Source of the DNA: a virus | Lineage: Duplodnaviria; Caudoviricetes | Reading direction: 5' to 3' (one strand) | Virus record (IMG/VR): IMGVR_UViG_2894625894_000003 | Coordinates: 87,535-151,534 of that record | Length of the DNA: 64,000 nt | Shown here: piece by piece, positions 57,279 to 64,000 of the stretch | Position numbering within the stretch: the stretch's first letter is position 1 | How the letters are laid out: each line of letters begins with the position of its first letter | Notes under the pieces: model-generated | Database searches by the model: none | What the model was told of the DNA's origin: nothing | The model's input: only the letters and a program-made list of their open reading frames with translations | Position numbers and translations under genes: made by a program

Positions 57279-58268
57279 ATGGGAGCAATAAGGACTTCAA
57301 TTAAATATTTTTATGATGTAACATCAGAACTTGTCGGCATTAAATCAGGTCTACTATTGAATCAATATCAAATAAATCAGCTATTAAAAGAAAATTTTAC
57401 AGACGATTTTCTTGATATAGACGATATTAACACTGGCCTTAGAATAAGAGCAGAAGATTTTGAAGGAAAAATAAAATATATAAGAATAAGAATAGGAAAC
57501 TTACCAAATAAACCAAGAACATTTAAATCATATCAATTATTAGGACAGTATGTCAACAGTCAAGAACGATTAATTGAAATATCAGGCCTTCAATCAGTCC
57601 TTTACAGTACTCTTGAAAAAGACCTCAATTTAGATTTAAAAGAAGTAAAACAATTCTTATATAAAGATATAATAGATAAGAATACTCCAGAAGAGATAGT
57701 TGATGCTTGCATTGAAATCACTTTTGAAAGAATCGACGAAAGCATAATTGTTCCTAGCTCAATTAGTTGGGATGGTATAACTTCTTTGTCAAATTTATTC
57801 AACATGGAAGTTAAGCCAGTCCGAGACGATGACTTCTTAGATCAAAAATTTTTAGATTACCTGGCTGTTAATGGGAAAGACATTGAAAATATACATTGGA
57901 GAAACTTCGAACGTTTTTGTGCACAATATTTTAAAAAAGAAGGATATGAAGTAGTCCTTGGACCAGGCACTAATGATGGCGGGGTAGATATAAGAGTTTT
58001 TGACTTAGAAGACAAAACAAAGCCTAGTTTATTAATACAATGTAAAAGATACAAAGACGAGAATAAAATATCAATTGAGACAGTTAAGGCATTTTACACA
58101 GATGTGCTTTTTGAAGGTGCAAAAAATGGCCTTATAGCGACAACTGGTTTTATTAGTAAAGGAGGGAAGAAAGTTTGTGATATAAGAGATTATAATATAA
58201 CTTTTGCAGAAAAGAGTTCAATTGAGAATTGGGCGAAAAATATGTGGACATTCTCCCCATTAAAGTAA
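57279..58268 (+). CDS. Mrr-family restriction endonuclease (Mrr_cat domain)
   Basis: FERF...GYEV..GPGTNDGGVDI...IQCKRY. Confidence 0.85.
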   Translation: MGAIRTSIKYFYDVTSELVGIKSGLLLNQYQINQLLKENFTDDFLDIDDINTGLRIRAEDFEGKIKYIRIRIGNLPNKPRTFKSYQLLGQYVNSQERLIEISGLQSVLYSTLEKDLNLDLKEVKQFLYKDIIDKNTPEEIVDACIEITFERIDESIIVPSSISWDGITSLSNLFNMEVKPVRDDDFLDQKFLDYLAVNGKDIENIHWRNFERFCAQYFKKEGYEVVLGPGTNDGGVDIRVFDLEDKTKPSLLIQCKRYKDENKISIETVKAFYTDVLFEGAKNGLIATTGFISKGGKKVCDIRDYNITFAEKSSIENWAKNMWTFSPLK

Positions 58269-58312
58269 AAGCTATAGCCACTTTTCCAAAGTGGCTATAG
58301 CTTTTACTTTAA
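58260..58312. terminator. Perfect 25-bp inverted repeat, bidirectional terminator
   Basis: TTAAAGTAAAAGCTATAGCCACTTT-TCC-AAAGTGGCTATAGCTTTTACTTTAA between convergent genes. Confidence 0.8.
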
Positions 58313-58317
58313 ATTGT

Positions 58318-59421
58318 TTAAATTATACTACCAAACTTCTTTCTAAAAAAGGCGAGCATTCCACTTTCATTATAAGTCAAATCCGTCTTTTCTTGCTTCG
58401 CTAGGAGTTTCCGGTAATTAACCAATGATGCTTCTTCTTCATTGCCTTCTTCTGTCTCGTCTTGATCTGTGTCGGGCAAAGGCACCGGAACGGGAATAGC
58501 TTCGTTCTTCTTCGATTTTCTTTCGATAAAGGCCAGTAAGTCCACAAAGTGATTCTTCTTGGTAATCTCGATAATGCCTGTTCCTGGATTGCCGTTTACC
58601 TCGGTCACGTAGGTCTGGCCCATCTTCTCCCGAATCAAATCTACCCCGGCAAATTCTAAACCTACGGCTTTGGCTGCATTCACACACATCTCGATCTCGG
58701 TTTCACTTAGTTCAATAGCGCGACCATTCCCACCCTTTGATAAATTGGCCCTAAAATCGCCTTGGCTGGCCGTTCGTTCCATCGCTGATACCACTTGACC
58801 GCCTACCACGATAGCGCGTATATCGGTCGGATTTCCATTACTACTATTATGGGCTTTCACAAAGCGTTGGAGCTTAACGGGAATATTGGCCTTGTAAAAA
58901 CTCTCTAACGTCGTATTAGCCGCTAAGGGTGTTTCCAGGATCGATACGCCAGTTCCTTGTGAACCCGTGAGCTGCTTCGCTACTACAGGCAAACCCCCGG
59001 CCTTGTCAATGGCAAAAGCCACGTGGTTAGACCGTACCGCAAACACCGTTAAGGGTGTGCGGATGCTACTGGCACTGAGTACCTGGCTCGTCCATAGCTT
59101 ATCATGAGCCACTAGTAGGCCGATGGCCGTTTGGGGGCTGTACACCTTTAGGTTCTCGTTGAGGTGCCGTAAAATCGACACGCAGAGCGGCAGGTCAGCG
59201 CCGATCCGGCTTATGATCGCGTCGAATGAGGCCGCAAACAGGCGCACAGGGCTTTCCAGATCGGGCGAGCCATTAAAGATGCGGTCATAGCCGTTGACCT
59301 GCTCGGAGATGAACAAATACAGATTGCGGGGGTCATGAACCTCATAACTATGGCCCGCGTCGGTAATGGCCTTGATCAAATGTTTAGACGGGGTACTCGT
59401 ACTTAGTACTAAGAGTTTCAT
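58318..59421 (-). CDS. rimK: RimK-family ATP-grasp ligase with acidic C-terminal extension
   Basis: DKL, GSQG.GV, DIRAIVVG, DFRANLSKGG, AGVDL, EVN..PG. Confidence 0.85.
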   Translation of the reverse strand: MKLLVLSTSTPSKHLIKAITDAGHSYEVHDPRNLYLFISEQVNGYDRIFNGSPDLESPVRLFAASFDAIISRIGADLPLCVSILRHLNENLKVYSPQTAIGLLVAHDKLWTSQVLSASSIRTPLTVFAVRSNHVAFAIDKAGGLPVVAKQLTGSQGTGVSILETPLAANTTLESFYKANIPVKLQRFVKAHNSSNGNPTDIRAIVVGGQVVSAMERTASQGDFRANLSKGGNGRAIELSETEIEMCVNAAKAVGLEFAGVDLIREKMGQTYVTEVNGNPGTGIIEITKKNHFVDLLAFIERKSKKNEAIPVPVPLPDTDQDETEEGNEEEASLVNYRKLLAKQEKTDLTYNESGMLAFFRKKFGSII

Positions 59422-59450
59422 TTGTTTTTGTTGTGTTTAAAAGGTGAAAA

Positions 59451-59826
59451 TTGGAAAGCCAAAGATGGCTCGATCAACCGCTCAGCGAAAGGACAAAACT
59501 GCACACGCCGTTTGTCGAGCCGATTGGAAAGTGGGCGAGCCAACACTTGAAAATGGAAATTCATATATTCGGAAATGGATTTCTGGAAATTTCCAAAACC
59601 GCTAAAGGGCGGGGTCGATAAAGAAAAAAAGCCCCTAAAACGGGGGGTGTTTTGCGATAACTACCTCAAAAACAAGACATTGACCATAAATGAGGGTGCA
59701 ACTTTTTGTGAAAAGGTAATTGCTTGATAATCAACCGCGTTACATTACGGCGCTCGAATGGAGGGGAAACGCATCAATTTGGGAAAGTGGGGCTTAGTGA
59801 GCTGTGTGGAAAGTGGAAATTTCCAA
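59451..59826. repeat. Cluster of GGAAA(G/T)-core repeats
   Basis: At least 7 copies, including TGGAAATTTCCA palindromes near 59584 and 59814. Confidence 0.55.
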
Positions 59827-60681
59827 CCAGTAAGCGTTGAAATCTTTATGGTTAGCGTAGAGCCGTGAGCGGTCGATGATCTTATTTCCCAATTTACCGA
59901 GTTGCTCTAAAGCTTCTTTTCCCGCCCGATCATTGTCCAAAAACGCGCTAATTTGATCGTATTGCCGCAAAATGGGCAACGCACTTTCCAAATTGGTCGT
60001 GGAGTTAAGCACCAGGGTAGGCAGTCTAGGCGCTTCACACCGGTAGTATTCCAGGGCTGACAAGAAATCAAATAATCCTTCAAAGACATTGACGGCGGTA
60101 GCCGCTTGGCTGGCTGGTATTGTCGTGTATCCGGCTGGTCCTAGATTACGTTTGGCCCCTACGCCATTCCGTAGCGCATAACCGCCTTTGTCGTTGGCAA
60201 AACCCAACGCAAACAGGTTTTTGCCGCCCTGTTGAAAGTAGACCTCCTGACAGTACCGGCGAGCGATTGGAAAGCTGATTTGGCGGCTTTCCACGTAGCG
60301 GATTAAATGCGGGTTGGCTAGGAGCTTGACCGACCGGATTTCGGTGCTGGTGCTTTCCTGTTTTAAAGGCCCACTAAAAGAAAAGTGAGGTTTGTTGGCT
60401 AGTCCGGCGAATTGGCTCAGCCGTTCGACGGCCTGAGCAAAGCTACAGCCCTCTAATCGCTCGACCAGCCGAATTACATCATCACCCGCTTCACTAGAGC
60501 CAAAATCTTTATAGCGGTTGATGGTCGTATTGACCGAAAAGGAGGGCGTGTTTTCTTGACGGAAAGGTGATTGATAAATTAATCGCTGGCCTCGTTGGGT
60601 AATGGGCTGAAATCCTCGATAAGCCAGGTAGTCGGCAATGGCTACCTGCTTGGCTAGTTGTATGGTCTGGGGGGCAATCAT
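59794..60681 (-). CDS. Primase-like protein (zf-CHC2 plus Toprim-like)
   Basis: SPFRQENTPSF, KDFG, GD.I, VFEGLFDFLS, LDNDRAG, KDFN. Confidence 0.9.
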   Translation of the reverse strand: MIAPQTIQLAKQVAIADYLAYRGFQPITQRGQRLIYQSPFRQENTPSFSVNTTINRYKDFGSSEAGDDVIRLVERLEGCSFAQAVERLSQFAGLANKPHFSFSGPLKQESTSTEIRSVKLLANPHLIRYVESRQISFPIARRYCQEVYFQQGGKNLFALGFANDKGGYALRNGVGAKRNLGPAGYTTIPASQAATAVNVFEGLFDFLSALEYYRCEAPRLPTLVLNSTTNLESALPILRQYDQISAFLDNDRAGKEALEQLGKLGNKIIDRSRLYANHKDFNAYWLEISTFHTAH

Positions 60682-60777
60682 ATGACTTTTTTCTTCGTGG
60701 GCTTTTCAGAATATTATTCGGCTAGCCTTGCCAGACGGACGAAGACAGCCAACAGAACAATATTTGGCCAAAGTAGT

Positions 60778-61026
60778 GGACAGACAAAATCGGCGTATTT
60801 CCCTATATAGGGCGTTTTGTCCTGTCTGTCCAAACTTTATTCTGTCTAGGTGTCTCATTTAACCTTAAAACCAAATATTATAAATTTAATACAAGCATTT
60901 TGGCGCTTTTTAGCTCATTTTCTTAGACAAATACAAGTTGTCCATGTTGTCCAATCAGTGGACAGACAGGACAAAAAGCCTTATATATATAATTGTCTGT
61001 CTGTCTATATACAGGGGCGTTTGTCC
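60778..61026. repeat. Inverted GGACA/AGACA iteron clusters flanking an AT-rich spacer (candidate ori)
   Basis: GGACAGACAAAA...TTTTGTCCTGTCTGTCC and GGACAGACAGGACAAAA...TTGTCTGTCTGTC. Confidence 0.7.
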
Positions 61027-61058
61027 GGCCTGATAGCTGTCTTAAAAAAATTCTATCA

Positions 61059-62174
61059 TCAAGCGGGCGACTGGCGGGCATACATATCTCCGTCATTGAC
61101 CAACAGGTTTAGGGTAATGGCTCCTTTTATACGACGTAAAGCCGTTTTGTCCGAACCGGCACTTTGATCGTGTTTGCAAATGGCCGCCATGAGTTGCGCT
61201 TTCGTCAAGGAGGCCACCCCTTTAAAACAGAGGGCCAGTAAGCCACTTAGGAATTCGGGATCATTGTCCTTACCGGCTTTCTTTTGGGCTACTCGCTGAT
61301 TGTATTCATCCGTGGCCAGGGCATCAAGCAGGATCATTTGCTTCTGCTCCTCGGAGTAGCGGAAGTAGACATTCTCGAAGTCGTCACCAATCCGAATCAG
61401 GCGGCTTTCAATGCTGTGCGTTTTGGTTTCTCGATCTTTACGAACGGCAATTAGTCCGGCGCACTTTCGCTCGATCTGACTCCCCAAATGACCACGCACC
61501 GAACCCCCTCCCTTATTTTCATGGATCACCACGATTAAACAGGTCTTATGCCGGGAGGCTAGTAGCGATAGCTCTTCAATCAGGGCGTTCGACTTTTCTT
61601 CATCATTGACACCCGGCAAGAGGTCTGCCAGGCCGTCAATGATCAGTAAATGCAAGTCCAGGGCATCAAATGTGGCTCGTACCGCTTGTAAGCGTTGCTC
61701 CATTGTTAGTTCCAGTAGACTCAGGATATGTAGATTATCGGGACAATCGCTTAGGCCAGCGTAGCGCAATACGCGGTCATGCAAATCCTGGGTACTGCTG
61801 ATATGTTGCTCAAAATCCAGGTAGACTACGTCGCGATTATCCGCCAAAGCGGATTTGATACTCAATGTTTGTTCGGGACTTGAAAAGCTGGTTAGGGTCG
61901 TGGCTAACATGAAACCAATCACGGTCGTTTTGCCCGATTTAGGTGGGCCGGTAAGAGCTGAAATCATGCCTTGTAAGCCATAGTTTGCCCCAGAAATACG
62001 AATAACCGGCATAGGTGCCGGGTGCTTGGTGTGGTGGGATATTCGGTGCTTACGAAGGTCAGAAAATGTTAATAGTTTTGGCTGTTCGGGGGTGATCGAT
62101 GGCGCTATCGGTACACTCGGTATTTTAGGTGGCGTATCAGGGCGTTTATGGATAGCTAAATCGGTGGTAATCAT
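61059..62174 (-). CDS. AAA_25/RecA-like replicative helicase
   Basis: GPPKSGKT, YLDFEQ, IIDGLAD, VIHENK..RGHLGS. Confidence 0.9.
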   Translation of the reverse strand: MITTDLAIHKRPDTPPKIPSVPIAPSITPEQPKLLTFSDLRKHRISHHTKHPAPMPVIRISGANYGLQGMISALTGPPKSGKTTVIGFMLATTLTSFSSPEQTLSIKSALADNRDVVYLDFEQHISSTQDLHDRVLRYAGLSDCPDNLHILSLLELTMEQRLQAVRATFDALDLHLLIIDGLADLLPGVNDEEKSNALIEELSLLASRHKTCLIVVIHENKGGGSVRGHLGSQIERKCAGLIAVRKDRETKTHSIESRLIRIGDDFENVYFRYSEEQKQMILLDALATDEYNQRVAQKKAGKDNDPEFLSGLLALCFKGVASLTKAQLMAAICKHDQSAGSDKTALRRIKGAITLNLLVNDGDMYARQSPA

Positions 62175-62219
62175 TATCTTTGCGTTAGCTTTTTGAGAGA
62201 ATTAAACATGATATAGAGT

Positions 62220-62245
62220 AAGCCCCGCCAATTATGGCGGGGCTT
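62220..62245. terminator. Hairpin upstream of helicase gene
   Basis: AAGCCCCGCCA-ATTA-TGGCGGGGCTT. Confidence 0.6.
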
Positions 62246-62252
62246 CTTTGTG

Positions 62253-62444
62253 TTAATTGGTCGGGGTGAGTAAAGCGCGTAGTTTGTGGTTTTGTCGCTT
62301 GACGGCCCGGAGTTGATCCCGCAGCTCGTCGATCTCGATCAGTTGTAGACCAAGCAGGATGGTTTGGCGTTGAATACGTGCTTTAAGTCGCTCAATCTCA
62401 TTAGGCAAATCGTCCAGGCCCGTTAGTGGGTCAATAGTGGGCAT
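62253..62444 (-). CDS. Small coiled-coil protein
   Basis: 3 nt after integrase stop. Confidence 0.5.
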   Translation of the reverse strand: MPTIDPLTGLDDLPNEIERLKARIQRQTILLGLQLIEIDELRDQLRAVKRQNHKLRALLTPTN

Positions 62445-62447
62445 GAG

Positions 62448-63710
62448 TTAACTGGCTAGTTTGTTTTCGTCCTGCTTCTGAATCCGCTTAAACTCTCTGA
62501 TTACCGTTTCCCTACGCCCTTTGTAATAATGCTGTTCTGTCATGTAGGTACGACTATGGCCCATCATTATGGCCGTTTGATCCAACTTAAAGCCACGTTC
62601 TTCGGCAAACATGGTAAAGGTCTTCCTAGCCAGGTGAGTGTGTAGTGTCTCCCTTATACCGGCTACGTTACCAATCACTTTAAGCCATTTGTTCATCTTC
62701 TGATTGCTCAGCACTGGCAGCAAAACGCCTTTTAAACGGCATATAGGATGGTAGCGGTACTTGTCAAGAATAGCTTTTGATTCAGGAAATAGCGGCACAA
62801 ACGATTGTTGGCCTGACTTGCTACGGTCTTTTAAAATGCATTGTACATCATCGACCGTTACTAAGTAATCTTTGGTCAAGCTGGCCACGTCTGCATAAGC
62901 CAAGCCTGTATAGCAGCAAAAAAGAAATACATCCCGTACTTCATTAAGAGTCGATTCTACGAATTGAGTTTTCTGAATCGTCTCCAGGTCTTCAATCGTC
63001 AATGTCTTTACCTCTTTGCGTTGCTTGTTTAGCCGAGCCGCTTGCAATACGTTACGATCACACCATTCATAGGCTACTGCATAATCCAATACCGATTTCA
63101 GAAATTGAATGACTTTTATAGCGTAATTGTGGCTGCTCTTACGCTCCCCTTTCACATAACCTAACAGCTCATAATGCACCGCAGGCTTAAGCACTTCAAG
63201 AGTAGCATCTTTGCCATAGTATAGGGTAGTAAAGTCACTGATAATACGAGTGTAGCGCCGATATTGCTTGAGTGTGCTCAGCGTAATGCCATTTCCCAAA
63301 AGCTTGCTTTTTTGCTCTGTCCATCTGATCAAAGCTTCAATGATTGTAGGCGTATGATCGTCATGCCCACGTAGCCCTAGAGCAATATCACGAATCGTTG
63401 TAGGGTCAATGCTCCTACCCGTTAACTCTCTCTCCTTAAATACTTTAAGAATCGTTGCTTTTAGATCAACGATACGAGCAGTGTTATAGGAATCATTAAC
63501 TATGTGGAGAGTTTTCGGGTCAAATTCCGAAGGATCGGCCCGAATACCAAGTGATTTGAATGAGCTTGTTTTTCCATTACACCGTACTCTAAACCCTATG
63601 GTTCCACTCTCCTTTCGGACAAAGAAATTAACGGTACAAACGGCGAACTTTACGGATGTAGCTCTTTTTAAACGGCGCTCCGCTTTTGCATACTGCTGCT
63701 TGAAAGTCAT
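62448..63710 (-). CDS. int: Tyrosine integrase (Bacteroidota NBU/CTn type)
   Basis: FLFCCYTGLAYAD, SNQKMN..LK, HLARKTF, MGHS...T..YY. Confidence 0.92.
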   Translation of the reverse strand: MTFKQQYAKAERRLKRATSVKFAVCTVNFFVRKESGTIGFRVRCNGKTSSFKSLGIRADPSEFDPKTLHIVNDSYNTARIVDLKATILKVFKERELTGRSIDPTTIRDIALGLRGHDDHTPTIIEALIRWTEQKSKLLGNGITLSTLKQYRRYTRIISDFTTLYYGKDATLEVLKPAVHYELLGYVKGERKSSHNYAIKVIQFLKSVLDYAVAYEWCDRNVLQAARLNKQRKEVKTLTIEDLETIQKTQFVESTLNEVRDVFLFCCYTGLAYADVASLTKDYLVTVDDVQCILKDRSKSGQQSFVPLFPESKAILDKYRYHPICRLKGVLLPVLSNQKMNKWLKVIGNVAGIRETLHTHLARKTFTMFAEERGFKLDQTAIMMGHSRTYMTEQHYYKGRRETVIREFKRIQKQDENKLAS

Positions 63711-63741
63711 ACTTTTACGTTTTGAAATATTTAGAATTAGT

Positions 63742-63773
63742 AAAGCCCTACAACCTCGATGTGGTAGGGCTTT
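63742..63773. terminator. Hairpin upstream of element integrase
   Basis: AAAGCCCTAC...GTAGGGCTTT. Confidence 0.55.
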
Positions 63774-63778
63774 CTGCT

Positions 63779-64000
63779 TTATAGCAGTTCAGTAATTGGA
63801 ATATTGAAGATTGTAGCTACCCTTTTTAGCTCATCAATGGTAGGCACTAAACGGCCTTTTATTAGCAATCCAAACCGCTTAGGGTTGATTGCTATTTTAG
63901 TGTAGAACTCCTTATCCGTCTTAATTTTAAAGCCTAATTTGGCTTCATAGAGCTTTACAGCTTGGGCAATGGGAGGATTAGAACCATGTTGCATAGTCAT
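63779..64000 (-). CDS. HTH (Cro/CI-like) protein; start may lie at or beyond window edge
   Basis: INPKRFGLLIKG..PTIDEL..VA..FNIPITELL. Confidence 0.65.
   Translation of the reverse strand: MTMQHGSNPPIAQAVKLYEAKLGFKIKTDKEFYTKIAINPKRFGLLIKGRLVPTIDELKRVATIFNIPITELL

Larger units (their letters stand above)
55365..64000. mobile_element. Small integrative element (satellite/NBU-like) at the tRNA 3' side; right end outside window
   Basis: HTH-integrase-small ORF-AAA helicase-primase backbone plus AT-rich defence cargo. Confidence 0.7.

Noticed and set aside
58260-58312. MITE or hairpin telomere site
   Set aside because: Single copy between convergent genes with A/T tails on both sides; a bidirectional terminator suffices and no protelomerase is present

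Overview
The window holds the right-hand ~55 kb of a crAss-like (Crassvirales-related) prophage, apparently integrated in a Bacteroidota chromosome (probably Cytophagales, by inference). It is followed by tRNA-Arg(ACG) and a second, ~9 kb integrative element. 1-35.9 kb (minus strand) is the late/virion module in crAss-like order: PD-(D/E)xK nuclease, IHF-like and Zn-finger genes, terminase, a small accessory cassette with a DUF2829/Tad2-like gene, portal, scaffold, major capsid, ring and auxiliary proteins, Cys-rich and Ig/SprB-like fibre proteins, holin/spanin/CHAP endolysin, ring proteins and a muzzle (gp10-like) gene cut by the left edge. 36.2-37.7 kb is an AT-rich membrane-protein moron plus a RepL-like gene with 23-bp-periodic repeats. 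38-53.8 kb (plus strand) is a run of small early genes interrupted by an inverted umuDC pair. 53.8-55.4 kb carries a tyrosine integrase, arm/IHF-like att sites and the tRNA, with the phage on the 5' side of the tRNA. 55.4-64 kb is a satellite/NBU-like element with an EcoRV-like R-M pair, an Mrr-like nuclease, RimK, primase, AAA helicase, integrase and an HTH gene. Most notable: (i) an apparently temperate crAss-like phage with a candidate operator CTACC-N8-GGTAG at four regulatory sites; (ii) SprB/Ig domains split across adjacent fibre genes, suggesting donor-strand assembly; (iii) a HigA-like antitoxin fragment among the early genes; (iv) an adjacent defence-carrying element whose predicted GATATC target I could not find anywhere in the window. 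All family assignments come from motif recognition by eye; no database searches were run.
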